This document shows positions 45,036 through 54,052 of a DNA stretch of 64,000 bases, in pieces (within the stretch, counting starts at the first letter, position 1; each line of letters opens with the position of its first letter). Made by a program: the position numbers and the translations under genes. Source of the stretch: a virus; IMG/VR virus record IMGVR_UViG_3300027994_000002, positions 1 to 64,000 of that record. One strand, 5' to 3'. The notes below the pieces were generated by a model. It saw only the letters and a program-made list of their open reading frames with translations, did no database searches and was not told the origin of the DNA.

Positions 45036-45932
45036 ATGGCTAAACTTAGTTTTATTGAAGAGCGCATTGCCCACATTAAATCCAATCATCCAGACGCCCT
45101 GTTTCCTCCAGTGGAAGCAGAACAATACAAAAACGCAGGCGCAATCACCTATCGCATGAACAAAGATGAGTTCTTGCAATACGCGGAAAAGGATCGCCTA
45201 AAGAAAGGCGTTTCTGTTCGGTATAACCCAAAGGGTACCAATGGGGATTTTGTACTTCCGACATTTGAGGAGGCCATGCAGAAGGCTCGCAATGGCTGGG
45301 CGGAAAAGACGGAAGCCTGCCATAAAATGGCTTCCAGAATAGATGATCGCATCCGTAAGATGACACCCAAAAAAGTCGTTTATTATGATGTGTTTGGAGG
45401 TCAGCCTGATGTTGGGCGTTACCTATCGGGGGATCCAGAAAACATGCTGCACCGCCAAGACTCCGACTCACAAGCGCAAGCTTCTAATCGCATTGTCAAA
45501 GTCGTCCTTGATGTCAACCGCAATGCCTTCGGATATAACGCCGCTTTAGCAGAGGCCCGAGGAGCAATCGCAATGGCCGCCGTGGACGCAATCGAGCAAT
45601 CCGGTAAAAGGGCCGAAATTCACATCTCCTCTGGCTTCCGGGGAGGCGGCAAGGCCGTGGAGTTTGCCGTCCAACTCAAGCGCTCCCAAGACCCACTCGA
45701 CCTGGACATGCTGGCCTTTTTTTGCTGTTGCGCTGATGTCGAAACGCGGTTCATGTTTCAGTGCGCTCATAACATTGGGTTCGATATGAATTATGGCGGC
45801 ATCGAGGCCAGCGATCAAGGCGACCTTTACATTGGCTACATGCCAGAGGAGGCGACAAGCAACCCCGAGGGGTGCATTGAAAAAACCATCCAACTCCTCA
45901 ATCAAGTCGGCCTGCAACTCGAAGATAACTGA
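45036..45932 (+). CDS. hypothetical protein, probable partner of the AAA+ ATPase
   Basis: 298-aa ORF following the MoxR/CobS-like ATPase. In such pairs the partner is often vWA/CobT-like. No motif confirmed. Confidence 0.5.
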   Translation: MAKLSFIEERIAHIKSNHPDALFPPVEAEQYKNAGAITYRMNKDEFLQYAEKDRLKKGVSVRYNPKGTNGDFVLPTFEEAMQKARNGWAEKTEACHKMASRIDDRIRKMTPKKVVYYDVFGGQPDVGRYLSGDPENMLHRQDSDSQAQASNRIVKVVLDVNRNAFGYNAALAEARGAIAMAAVDAIEQSGKRAEIHISSGFRGGGKAVEFAVQLKRSQDPLDLDMLAFFCCCADVETRFMFQCAHNIGFDMNYGGIEASDQGDLYIGYMPEEATSNPEGCIEKTIQLLNQVGLQLEDN

Positions 45933-45971
45933 AAGTTTTTTATTGCATTTTAATTCCAAACCGAATAGAGT
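45932..45971 (+). promoter_or_regulatory. recurrent promoter cassette
   Basis: AAAGTTTTTTA-TTGCAT-17 nt-TAGAGT. Here a 33-nt G-poor leader precedes ATG 46005. Confidence 0.6.
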
Positions 45972-46004
45972 ATCACTTCAATCAGTAACACCCAAACAAA
46001 CACT

Positions 46005-46589
46005 ATGAGCAAAAAGAACAAAGATCCATTCGCCGCAACGCCTGAAACCCCGGAGGCGGATACCCCCGAGGAAACCACCATTACTGCAACCATCGCCTCG
46101 CCTAAAAAGTGGGACGGTGCCTCTGTCTACAAGGAATGCAAGGAGCAGGACGTCTTCCCTTCCTTTGAATCCGGCAACTTCATCGGCTATATCCACGCCC
46201 CGACAGGCAAGGTCGTCTCAACCTCCATGCCGACCATGAGCGCGGTGCTCTACGAGTCCTACAAGAAGGCCGAGTCGGAAGCCGTCGAAAAGGCCAAAAA
46301 GAAGGCGGAGGCGGCAAAGCCCAAGCCTGAAAAGGCCCCCAAAGCTCCCAAGGAGCCCAAGGCAGCGAAAGAACCCAAGGAAGGCCGGGGCCGTAAGCCT
46401 GCCTTCGACAAGGACGCCAAGATCACCGTGGTTTCCGAAAAGAACCCTCGTCGCCCCGGCTGCCCCGGTCACGCCTCATTCGAGGTCTACAAGAACGGCA
46501 TGACAGTCGCGGAATACCTCGACACGCCGCAAGGCGAAACCTGCCACCTCCGCTGGGACGTGGACCACGGCTTCATCACGCTGGCCTAA
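46005..46589 (+). CDS. Lys/Pro/Ala-rich AT-hook protein with conserved C-terminal domain (paralog of 57919)
   Basis: KKKAEAAKPKPEKAPKAPKEPKAAKEPKEGRGRKPA (AT-hook GRGRKP), followed by NPRRPGCPGHASFEVYKNGMTVAEYL...CHLRWDVDHGFITLA. Confidence 0.55.
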   Translation: MSKKNKDPFAATPETPEADTPEETTITATIASPKKWDGASVYKECKEQDVFPSFESGNFIGYIHAPTGKVVSTSMPTMSAVLYESYKKAESEAVEKAKKKAEAAKPKPEKAPKAPKEPKAAKEPKEGRGRKPAFDKDAKITVVSEKNPRRPGCPGHASFEVYKNGMTVAEYLDTPQGETCHLRWDVDHGFITLA

Positions 46590-46595
46590 CAACCC

Positions 46596-46625
46596 GATCG
46601 CCAAGGTTCCACCCCTCAGGCGATC
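46596..46625 (+). terminator. 7-bp GC-rich hairpin after the AT-hook gene
   Basis: GATCGCC-16 nt-GGCGATC, with no U-tract. Confidence 0.3.
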
Positions 46626-46640
46626 CAACTTTCCAATCTA

Positions 46641-46832
46641 ATGCCCCGCCAGCCTACAATAAAAGAACTGATCGAAATCTTAACCATCGAACAACTCGAA
46701 GAAGTTGAGTGCGGGGTTGAGGATCACATTGCCAATAAAACTCGGCCAAATTCTCTTGAAGAAGGGCGTTGGGTCGACATTCTTAATCAAATTCGGTTCA
46801 AAATAGAAATGGGGCGAGACGATAATGAGTAA
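46641..46832 (+). CDS. hypothetical protein (63 aa)
   Basis: ORF with a G-free upstream leader. Confidence 0.45.
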   Translation: MPRQPTIKELIEILTIEQLEEVECGVEDHIANKTRPNSLEEGRWVDILNQIRFKIEMGRDDNE

Positions 46833-47229
46833 CGAACTAAACTTCGATGTCGATCAGCAGACCGACCTGCGTTCCCTGCTAAACACGCTCCGCGCCTACT
46901 ACAAAGAGGTTTATCCATCGTTGTTCATGGATTCGGAGGTGTTGGTTGGCTCCAACTTGGCCTCTATTGTGATCCACTTAGGCGACGAGCCTAAAACGCC
47001 CAAAGAGGTGGACGCACAATCTCAGCGCAAGGAGCAAATCAAGACTGCGCTATCCGACTTCTACCGCCAGCTGGTTCATGTTGGGTCACCTCTCATCCAG
47101 GCAATCGAAGTCGATGAATCTATCATCGCCGCTCAATACCAACTCATTCCAAATGACCCCATTGGAGCCGAGCGCACCCTAGCTAAGGTCATTCAACGCT
47201 GCAAAGCCAAATATGCACAACAACCCTGA
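46825..47229 (+). CDS. hypothetical protein (134 aa)
   Basis: ORF with an 8-nt overlap to the upstream gene. Confidence 0.45.
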   Translation: MSNELNFDVDQQTDLRSLLNTLRAYYKEVYPSLFMDSEVLVGSNLASIVIHLGDEPKTPKEVDAQSQRKEQIKTALSDFYRQLVHVGSPLIQAIEVDESIIAAQYQLIPNDPIGAERTLAKVIQRCKAKYAQQP

Positions 47230-47452
47230 GTTCCTCACTTTCAACGAGGCCTACGCCTACCTCAAGGAAGAAAAAGGCCACTTCGCCCTCACGCCCTGGA
47301 GCATGAGGAAAGAGCTCAAAAACTTCCCCGAGAGATACGGGGCAGTCCGGCGCAACCCGCTCGCCAAGCGAGGCCGGGGAGGTCGCTTCTTTTTCACTAA
47401 AGCCGCCCTCGATAAGTACACGAGCCTGGAAGAAACTTTCGTCCGCAAATAA
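47213..47452 (+). CDS. small DNA-binding protein, excisionase/MerR-like HTH candidate
   Basis: LTFNEAYAYLKEEKG...RRNPLAKRGRGGRFFFTKAALDKY resembles the Xis/AlpA 'helix-turn-helix_17' layout. Confidence 0.4.
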   Translation: MHNNPEFLTFNEAYAYLKEEKGHFALTPWSMRKELKNFPERYGAVRRNPLAKRGRGGRFFFTKAALDKYTSLEETFVRK

Positions 47453-47470
47453 ACTCACTCATCAATACTC

Positions 47471-48424
47471 ATGTCAAATCCTAAAATCAATTCGGACATC
47501 ATCGCAATCATGCGGGACATTAAGGCCATCGGCAAAGACCGCAAGAACACCGGACAGGGCTACAACTTTCGCGGCATCGATGATGTCATGAACGAAGTTC
47601 ACCCTTCATTTGCAGAGCACGGCGTATTCATTACCACGACTGTTCTGGATCAGGTCCGTGAAGAGCGCCTAACGAAAGGCGGCTCCAACATGATCTACTC
47701 CGTGCTCAAGGTCAAGTTCACCTTCCATGCTGAAGACGGCTCCAATGTCTCGTGCGAGATGATTGGCGAGGGCTCCGATACAGGCGATAAGGCAAGCAAC
47801 AAGGCCCTTTCTGTTGCCCTCAAATACGCAATCCTGCAGATGCTCATGATCCCCACCGTGGATGCGAAGGACCCAGAAATTGACAGTCATGAAATTCTCC
47901 CAAAGCGCGAAGCGTTGCCGGGCTCAAAAGCCGCCGCGCCTAAGCTCGAAAAGAAGCCCTGGGGTGCAACCGTCTGGCATATTCCAAACGTCTGCAACGA
48001 AGGCAAGACCTACGACTACAAGGGTCATACGCTCGCGGAAATCCATCTCAATGACCCCTCGGGCTTTGCGTTCTGGACCAAGACTTACAAGCCCCTCAAA
48101 AACACGGCCGATCAAGCCCTGCGCGAGGCCTTGAATGAGGCTCGAGAAGAGCTTGCCCGCAAAGAGGCGGAAGCCCCCGAGGAAGCAAGTCAATCCGCGC
48201 CATCTGATCTGCCGGAGAATGCCGTGCGGTCGGAAATGCTGGCCGAACTACAACATCTCTGCGCTAAGAATCATGTGATGCCCGGTTTCATTGTGAAGAA
48301 AGCCATTGAATTCAAGCGCACGCCTCCGGAAACGAAGACCGTTTCCGAATTCACGGACGAACTTCTCCGCTCCACGATCTCCAACTTCGCCTGGTTCGTC
48401 ACCGCGAGCAAGGCGGGAGAATAG
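47471..48424 (+). CDS. erf: ERF-family single-strand annealing protein
   Basis: GQGYNFRGIDDVMNEVHPSFAEHGVFITT...YSVLKVKFTF...DKASNKALSVALKYAILQM are hallmark ERF motifs. Confidence 0.75.
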   Translation: MSNPKINSDIIAIMRDIKAIGKDRKNTGQGYNFRGIDDVMNEVHPSFAEHGVFITTTVLDQVREERLTKGGSNMIYSVLKVKFTFHAEDGSNVSCEMIGEGSDTGDKASNKALSVALKYAILQMLMIPTVDAKDPEIDSHEILPKREALPGSKAAAPKLEKKPWGATVWHIPNVCNEGKTYDYKGHTLAEIHLNDPSGFAFWTKTYKPLKNTADQALREALNEAREELARKEAEAPEEASQSAPSDLPENAVRSEMLAELQHLCAKNHVMPGFIVKKAIEFKRTPPETKTVSEFTDELLRSTISNFAWFVTASKAGE

Positions 48425-48425
48425 C

Positions 48426-49013
48426 ATGCAACTCCTCGCCCTGCGCAAAGACCCCTTCTCGCCTAAGCAAGAGGGGGCTATCGTCAGCCTAACCGAGCAT
48501 GCGGTTTCCAGAAAAAAAGATGTACTGGCAATGTCGCAGGGCATTACGGAAATCGCAACGGAAGAGCAAATGGAGGCCTGCAACCCTGTCCTCCGATCCA
48601 TTAAAGGTGCGCTCAAAGAATGTGAGGATTCCAGAAAAGAGCTAAAAGAGCCTGTCTTGGAGATCTGTAAAAAAATCGACAAGGCGGCGAAAGATTACAT
48701 CGAGCCCCTGCTTAAAGAAGAGGCTCGCCTTAAGGGACTAACCGCTGGATTCATTCAATCCCAGCAGGTCGCTCAAATTCAGGATGTTCGCGAGAGCGGG
48801 GAAACAGAAATCGTCGCAACGGGCGGCTCGGGAATTTCAGCGGTGGAGGTATGGGATTTCACGGTGGAGGACGAGAAGCAAGCCTACCTTGCAAGCCCCG
48901 GTCTATTTGAGCTCGTGCCTAAGAAATCTGCCATCATTGCCGCCGGAAAAGCAGGCTTCCCAACCCCCTTCATCAAGGTCTTTAAGACAACGGGCGTGAG
49001 GGTCAAGGCGTGA
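48426..49013 (+). CDS. hypothetical protein (195 aa), recombination-module associated
   Basis: ATG lies 2 nt after the erf stop and is internal to the 48306..49013 ORF. Confidence 0.45.
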   Translation: MQLLALRKDPFSPKQEGAIVSLTEHAVSRKKDVLAMSQGITEIATEEQMEACNPVLRSIKGALKECEDSRKELKEPVLEICKKIDKAAKDYIEPLLKEEARLKGLTAGFIQSQQVAQIQDVRESGETEIVATGGSGISAVEVWDFTVEDEKQAYLASPGLFELVPKKSAIIAAGKAGFPTPFIKVFKTTGVRVKA

Positions 49014-49735
49014 TTCAGCCGCCTCTAGTAGATGAGAGACTTGGGTTGCCAAGCGCGTCTGGCATGCCGCGCCTACTGGGAACCAAAGAGGAGCCCGGTT
49101 GCCTCGGCTCCTTCTTATTTGAGAAACGCTTGAAGGACCCCAGCAAGAAAACCGCCGCCAACCGGGGAACAAAGATTCATGCGGTGATGCACGGCATGGT
49201 TCCGTTCGATAGCCTATCGCACTCGGATAAAATCTGTGCTGAACGCCTTGCTTTTGAGGAAGCTCGACTGGTAGAGGAATTTGGGATGGAAGGGGCAACG
49301 CAAATCAAAGAGGAACGCCTCTGGTTGGAAGAAGATGGAACAAAGATATTCTCCGGGCAGCCCGATGTTATTCACCTTAATCCATCCAAGGCCCTTATCG
49401 TTAATTTCAAGACGGGATTTTATGAGCCTGAGCCCATCCAAGAAAACGCTCAAATGCTCGCGGAGGCCGTGCTAACAAGCAATGAATACATGATGCCGCA
49501 GGAATTAACGGTGGCCTTAATTCATCCGAATGTTACTGTTGCGGGGAAAATATCTCAAACCCACACCTATCAAAGCGAATACTTGATTTATGAAGCGTGG
49601 CCCAAACTTTCTAGCGTCGCGCAGGCGGCCATGAAGCCTGATGCGCCCCGTAACCCTTCGCGTTCCGCCTGCAATTTTTGCCTCGGTAAAAAAACAAAGA
49701 CCTGTCCAGAATGGCTGGAATGGTCTAACTCCTAA
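49010..49735 (+). CDS. Cas4/RecB-like PD-(D/E)XK exonuclease with 4-Cys cluster
   Basis: GTGA overlap start. Motifs: GTKIH; GQPDVIHL..ALIVNFKTG (Asn where D/E is expected); QMLAEA; one N-terminal Cys plus C-terminal CNFCLGKKTKTC. Confidence 0.6.
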   Translation: MIQPPLVDERLGLPSASGMPRLLGTKEEPGCLGSFLFEKRLKDPSKKTAANRGTKIHAVMHGMVPFDSLSHSDKICAERLAFEEARLVEEFGMEGATQIKEERLWLEEDGTKIFSGQPDVIHLNPSKALIVNFKTGFYEPEPIQENAQMLAEAVLTSNEYMMPQELTVALIHPNVTVAGKISQTHTYQSEYLIYEAWPKLSSVAQAAMKPDAPRNPSRSACNFCLGKKTKTCPEWLEWSNS

Positions 49736-49755
49736 CTCACTACCTATACTCACTA

Positions 49756-50145
49756 ATGAACTCACAAGAAGTCGATCAAAAACTGGACGAGATTGCTTTG
49801 TTGCAGGCCGTCTGGAAGAACCAAAAGCTCCTCACCTGCTGCCTCTTGATTGCTGAAAAGGCCTGCGAGAAAACCCTGTTCTGGCCAGATGAAATAACCT
49901 TCGATTTTCTACTAACCGATGAAGACCGCAATGTCATCGGTTCTGCGTGGAGGCTATGCGCAAAGACCCTAGGTTTCGTTGAGAAAACAGGCTCTTTCCG
50001 CCGAAGCAAAGCCAAGGATTCCAACGGACGTACCATCTTCTCCTACAGGCTGACCGAGCGCAATATCGCCATGGCCCTCCTGCGTCGCTACGACCTGGAA
50101 AAGTACAAGGCCCTCGCGCACCCGCAGCTTAACCTCCAATTCTGA
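49756..50145 (+). CDS. hypothetical protein (129 aa)
   Basis: ORF preceded by the G-free leader TAACTCACTACCTATACTCACTA. Confidence 0.45.
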   Translation: MNSQEVDQKLDEIALLQAVWKNQKLLTCCLLIAEKACEKTLFWPDEITFDFLLTDEDRNVIGSAWRLCAKTLGFVEKTGSFRRSKAKDSNGRTIFSYRLTERNIAMALLRRYDLEKYKALAHPQLNLQF

Positions 50146-50660
50146 TGCCTAAGCCGAAGAAACCACTCAAGCCGTTTAAGTCAGCGCTATGGAATGAAGA
50201 AAAGCGGCGCTGGGAAGGCAGGCCGTACAAACCAGTCAAGGGAGGCGCCCTAGATGGAATGAAGCCGCGTGAATATATCGGAGAATCAAATTGGGTTCCT
50301 GTGCCTCAAAACGGGAATTGCTCGAGTAAGTTTGGGCAATTAGTAACAAGAATCCATAGGCCTAAGAAAAAGAAGGCCCTCACGGCAGTTCAAAAGCGTA
50401 AGATCATCTACGAAAAACTCAAGCCTGTCTGGAGGTCTCAACCTACCAATCATTATTGCTCCGCTCACTGCAAAGGACATAACCTCTTCACGCCAGCCGA
50501 AAACTACCCCCACCACAAAAAAGGCCGTGTCGGCGACCTGCTAAACGATGTAAGATACTGGATGCCGATTTGCTATAACTGCCATCGATGGATCCATGAT
50601 CATGTCGATGCCTCTTATCAACTCGGATGGCTCATCAAATCCGGCAGCACAACTCACTAA
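50145..50660 (+). CDS. HNH endonuclease-like protein
   Basis: YCSAHCKGHN...HHKKGRVGDLLNDVRYWMPICYNCHRWIHDH. Confidence 0.6.
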   Translation: MPKPKKPLKPFKSALWNEEKRRWEGRPYKPVKGGALDGMKPREYIGESNWVPVPQNGNCSSKFGQLVTRIHRPKKKKALTAVQKRKIIYEKLKPVWRSQPTNHYCSAHCKGHNLFTPAENYPHHKKGRVGDLLNDVRYWMPICYNCHRWIHDHVDASYQLGWLIKSGSTTH

Positions 50661-50682
50661 CAAAACAAACTCAATACTCACT

Positions 50683-51006
50683 ATGGCAAAACCAGTCTAC
50701 AACAATGACAACAGCGGCGTCGTCTTCATCAACGTCGAAAAACAAGAGGAGCTCGCCAAACGCGACGCCGGGCAAGCCTACAATGAAAAGGCCGAAAAAT
50801 GGCCTGATCGCAAAGGCAGCGGCAACTTGAATGGCGAGGAATTCTGGATCTCCGGATGGGTCAAAGAATCCAGTCGCGACGGCTCCAAATTCATGAGCCT
50901 AGCCTTCAAGCCCAAAGAAGCACGGGAAACGCCTCGATCCAAGCCCGAGTATCGCAGCGAGCCGAATAAAACCAAAATCCCAGAAGATGACGAAATTCCT
51001 TTTTGA
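50683..51006 (+). CDS. hypothetical protein (107 aa), DUF736-like pattern
   Basis: GNLNGEEFWISGWVKESSRDGSKFMSLAFKPKE resembles the G..i..W.k....G..yLsl.l layout. The internal ATG follows a G-free leader. Confidence 0.45.
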   Translation: MAKPVYNNDNSGVVFINVEKQEELAKRDAGQAYNEKAEKWPDRKGSGNLNGEEFWISGWVKESSRDGSKFMSLAFKPKEARETPRSKPEYRSEPNKTKIPEDDEIPF

Positions 51007-51012
51007 GGAACC

Positions 51013-51501
51013 ATGAGCGATCTTGCCGCCTTTTTGAGGAAGGGTTTTACAATCGGCCCCAACGGCGATTTAAACCCTCCTGCGCCTAAAAGGGCGGCAA
51101 CCTTACCCAAAGCAAAAGAAAATGCGCCTCAGGAGCCCCTGGGAGCGCAAAAAGGCATTCCAAGCAAGCTGGTGTTGCCGTATCCACCCAGCGCGAACCG
51201 TTATTGGCGCAACTTCCGAGGTCGCACGGTTTTGTCAGAGGAAGCAAGGGCCTACAAATCCCTTATCCAAGATAAGGTTGGGGAACAGCCTATGTTGAAA
51301 GGCCCGCTCGTCATCGCGCTCCTCATGTACAGGCCCCAGAAATCAGGCGACCTGGATAATCGCATCAAGGTCGCGATCGATTCCCTGCAAGGCGTTTTAT
51401 TCGAGGATGACAAGCAAATAGTGGAGATCCACGCCTACCGAAGGGACGACAAAAACAACCCCCGCGTCGAGGTGGAAATCAGGCCAACAGAAGATTGTTA
51501 A
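51013..51501 (+). CDS. rusA: RusA-family Holliday junction resolvase
   Basis: LVLPYPPSANRYWRNFRGR...ARAYK...GDLDNRIKVAIDSLQGVLFEDDKQI matches the catalytic Asp region of RusA. Confidence 0.8.
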   Translation: MSDLAAFLRKGFTIGPNGDLNPPAPKRAATLPKAKENAPQEPLGAQKGIPSKLVLPYPPSANRYWRNFRGRTVLSEEARAYKSLIQDKVGEQPMLKGPLVIALLMYRPQKSGDLDNRIKVAIDSLQGVLFEDDKQIVEIHAYRRDDKNNPRVEVEIRPTEDC

Positions 51502-51538
51502 AGTTTTTTATTGCTTTTTAACTGGAATCCATTAGAGT
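51500..51538 (+). promoter_or_regulatory. recurrent promoter cassette
   Basis: AAAGTTTTTTA-TTGCTT-16 nt-TAGAGT, with ATG 51545 six nt after the -10. Confidence 0.65.
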
Positions 51539-51544
51539 GATGAC

Positions 51545-51850
51545 ATGCAAACGGTACTCACTCCAAAAGCAAAACACACCAACGGGTACTCCTACCCACT
51601 TTACGCTATTCTTTGGGATAGCTGCATTCAAGGCAAGAAGTACGAATCGATTGACGGGCATCCACCCAAGCCCTTCAAATCCAAAACAGAAGCCCAAAAG
51701 TACGTCGATCGCCAGATCAAAGGGCCAATGCCTGCGCATTTTACTCGCCCCACGACGCATGAGATTGTCGAGCACCCCTACAACAACGCCAGTGAAAAAA
51801 TCAAGGCCGAATATCTCGCCTGGCTCAACGCCGACCACTCCAGCAAATGA
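51545..51850 (+). CDS. hypothetical protein (101 aa)
   Basis: Preferred over the overlapping 51537 frame because of its protein-like composition and leaderless geometry. Confidence 0.45.
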   Translation: MQTVLTPKAKHTNGYSYPLYAILWDSCIQGKKYESIDGHPPKPFKSKTEAQKYVDRQIKGPMPAHFTRPTTHEIVEHPYNNASEKIKAEYLAWLNADHSSK

Positions 51851-52176
51851 ACACGCCTAAAAAGCCCTTTACCTTGTTGGATCCATTGTTCATCACGCAT
51901 ACCGCCAGCATCATGGTCGATACCATGGAAGGGGGAGATCCATCGCACGAACATGAATGGCAGGAAGGCGACTACAGCCACGAGCTGGCGGAAGTTTTCA
52001 TGGACATCCACCTCAAGTCCGATATCAAGACTCACGAGGACAGCCCGGAATATGACCTCAGCTCCCCTTACGTCGTCGTCGGCAAGGGCCGCAAGGTGCC
52101 TGCCTATCTTACGCCTCTGGAGCTCGATAAGCTGGAGCAGGCCGCATTCTACCTCGTCACGCCAAATCTCAAATGA
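51847..52176 (+). CDS. hypothetical acidic protein (109 aa)
   Basis: ATGA overlap. Confidence 0.45.
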   Translation: MNTPKKPFTLLDPLFITHTASIMVDTMEGGDPSHEHEWQEGDYSHELAEVFMDIHLKSDIKTHEDSPEYDLSSPYVVVGKGRKVPAYLTPLELDKLEQAAFYLVTPNLK

Positions 52177-52247
52177 ACAACAACGAACGCTGGGCTTTCT
52201 GCCTCTTGCTTGCAATCTTCAACGCCTTCCTTTACCTCAACTCCTAA
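52173..52247 (+). CDS. possible 24-aa hydrophobic peptide
   Basis: ATGA overlap with the upstream stop. Sequence MNNNERWAFCLLLAIFNAFLYLNS. Very short, so speculative. Confidence 0.25.
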   Translation: MNNNERWAFCLLLAIFNAFLYLNS

Positions 52248-52251
52248 ATCC

Positions 52252-52752
52252 ATGAAAACCCTCCACCCCATCCGCTACACGCTCGGCAACCCCGTCCACG
52301 ATTTTATCCAGCGCAGGCCTGAAATCAAAGAGGAATACGAGCGCACGGCCCTCGAAATCCTCAAGCCTGAAAAAGTTGTCGGGCTCGTGATCCCGGAAAA
52401 CGAAACCTTCAACCAGCCTATTCCCGAGCTTGGCAAAGATTACATCCTCACTTCCGTCATCGACTACAATCAGGGCATCATCTATCACGAGCCTAATAGC
52501 TTTGATGAGGGTCTGGAAGAAGCCGTCGCTGAGCGCGTCATGAGTAACATTCAAAAACACGTGGAAACCAAGCCCGAAGCTCTTCAAGTCGTATTCGCCT
52601 GGAAAGGCCGCGTGTACGAGGGGGCTGCTCAAAACGCCCGACTCGTGCAGATGACGGCGATGTTGACCGGGCAAACCGTCGAGCAAATCCACCAAGCCGC
52701 CGACAAGGAAATGCCTAAAATGATGCGAGCCGCGATGGCGCATCACAACTAG
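52252..52752 (+). CDS. hypothetical protein (166 aa)
   Basis: Internal ATG of the 52210..52752 ORF, following a G-free leader. Confidence 0.45.
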   Translation: MKTLHPIRYTLGNPVHDFIQRRPEIKEEYERTALEILKPEKVVGLVIPENETFNQPIPELGKDYILTSVIDYNQGIIYHEPNSFDEGLEEAVAERVMSNIQKHVETKPEALQVVFAWKGRVYEGAAQNARLVQMTAMLTGQTVEQIHQAADKEMPKMMRAAMAHHN

Positions 52753-52753
52753 T

Positions 52754-53035
52754 ATGCCTATCCTAGAAGAAATCGAGGCCCTGCTCAGGGAATACAAGCA
52801 AAGCTCGCCCTTTGACATTCCTGCGCCGAATCGCCTGGAAATCCCCAAGCATCGCCTAGAGGAATTTGCTGATGCCCTGCAAACCGAGATCGAGCCCAAA
52901 GAAATCCAGAGGAAGCCTAAGAAAGAAGCCTCCAGTTACGATACCCTGATCTACAAAGGCATGCATGTCCAGATAAGCGAAGGGAAGCATTGCAAAATCC
53001 AACTCTGGAATATCTTTATTGAACCTACTCAATAA
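52754..53035 (+). CDS. hypothetical protein (93 aa)
   Basis: ORF starting 2 nt after the previous stop. Confidence 0.45.
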   Translation: MPILEEIEALLREYKQSSPFDIPAPNRLEIPKHRLEEFADALQTEIEPKEIQRKPKKEASSYDTLIYKGMHVQISEGKHCKIQLWNIFIEPTQ

Positions 53036-53071
53036 GTTTTTTGTTGCTTTTTAATCAGAATCAAGTAGAGT
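53034..53071 (+). promoter_or_regulatory. recurrent promoter cassette
   Basis: AAGTTTTTTG-TTGCTT-16 nt-TAGAGT, with ATG 53078 six nt after the -10. Confidence 0.65.
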
Positions 53072-53077
53072 AATCAA

Positions 53078-53551
53078 ATGAGCACTGAAAATAAATTCAC
53101 GCCGGGCCCTTGGAGATGGGAGATAAATCTTAAAGCAAATGAGATGCATTTGTCGGGAGGAGTTCCAAAGCATGACCTGTACATTTTAGGATTCAAGCGA
53201 TGGGGAATGTCTGGCGCGAGAGCGACTGTGCGCGAAGAAGATGGGAACATGGTTGATGTTGATTCTTTGGCGTCTCTTATTCCAGATCGCGAACATCATG
53301 CCGCATGGCTTCAAACTGCACATCATCCTGATTTGGATCTAATAGCAGCCGCTCCCGATCTTCTCGCGGCTTTGGAGATTGCCAAGAAAGAACTCGAAGA
53401 TTTGTGGAGTTTTTACGGCAAGGGCCTTGAAGTTCAGAACTGGCATCTAAACGGTGACATGATACCTTTAGATACGTTCTTTGAGGACAATAATTCAAAT
53501 GCCACAGAGGTTATCGACAAAGCCATCGCCAAAGCGAAAGGGGAGTTGTGA
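53078..53551 (+). CDS. hypothetical protein (157 aa)
   Basis: First ORF after the cassette. N-terminus reads FTPGPWRWE. Confidence 0.5.
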   Translation: MSTENKFTPGPWRWEINLKANEMHLSGGVPKHDLYILGFKRWGMSGARATVREEDGNMVDVDSLASLIPDREHHAAWLQTAHHPDLDLIAAAPDLLAALEIAKKELEDLWSFYGKGLEVQNWHLNGDMIPLDTFFEDNNSNATEVIDKAIAKAKGEL

Positions 53552-53745
53552 AGTGCCCAGATTGTCTAGAGGGCGAATTGACATGCTATTCTTCATTTGC
53601 CTACTTGGTTCCATCGATGATTCAAGTTCGCGTTTCGTGCCCTGACTGTAAAAGCGTATGGAGGGGCTATTTTAATTTCCCGGAGAGGTTTGATAAAGAT
53701 GAACCTATTTCAGTGGAATCAGGGGAATCAAGGGAGAGATCATGA
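53548..53745 (+). CDS. small zinc-ribbon protein
   Basis: GTGA overlap start. CPDC...CPDC pairs. Confidence 0.45.
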   Translation: MKCPDCLEGELTCYSSFAYLVPSMIQVRVSCPDCKSVWRGYFNFPERFDKDEPISVESGESRERS

Positions 53746-53951
53746 TAATTTGCGAATCCTGCGACTCACAACTAATAAATAATTGTCCGAAATGCGGTGC
53801 CCCTCAATGCTGTCCTAAGTGCTGTGAAGAACAATGCGGCGACTGCCTAGGCCAAGGAATAACGGGATTTTACTACATGACAATGGATGGCCCACAAGAC
53901 TCGTTCGACACATGCAAGACATGCGACGGAACAGGAAAAAAATCCAAATGA
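53742..53951 (+). CDS. Cys-rich protein with DnaJ-type CxxCxGxG zinc-finger motifs
   Basis: CGDCLGQG and CKTCDGTG, plus further CxxC pairs. ATGA overlap. Confidence 0.5.
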   Translation: MIICESCDSQLINNCPKCGAPQCCPKCCEEQCGDCLGQGITGFYYMTMDGPQDSFDTCKTCDGTGKKSK

Positions 53952-54052
53952 CCTTCTATCAAATCAACCTCTTGTTAGCCTACTCGAAAGCCGTTAATGG
54001 CGGTTTTACGGGATTGGCTGAATCGTTTCTTACTCTGTTTAAACAATCATGA
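53948..54052 (+). CDS. possible 34-aa peptide
   Basis: ATGA overlaps at both ends. Confidence 0.3.
   Translation: MTFYQINLLLAYSKAVNGGFTGLAESFLTLFKQS

Noticed and set aside
38860-46000. A cytosine-5 DNA methyltransferase or dCMP/dUMP hydroxymethylase that would supply the TET/JBP substrate.
   Set aside because: I scanned the translations for FxGxG / PCQ / ENV and thymidylate-synthase-like motifs and found none. The absence is reported as an open question, not as a feature.
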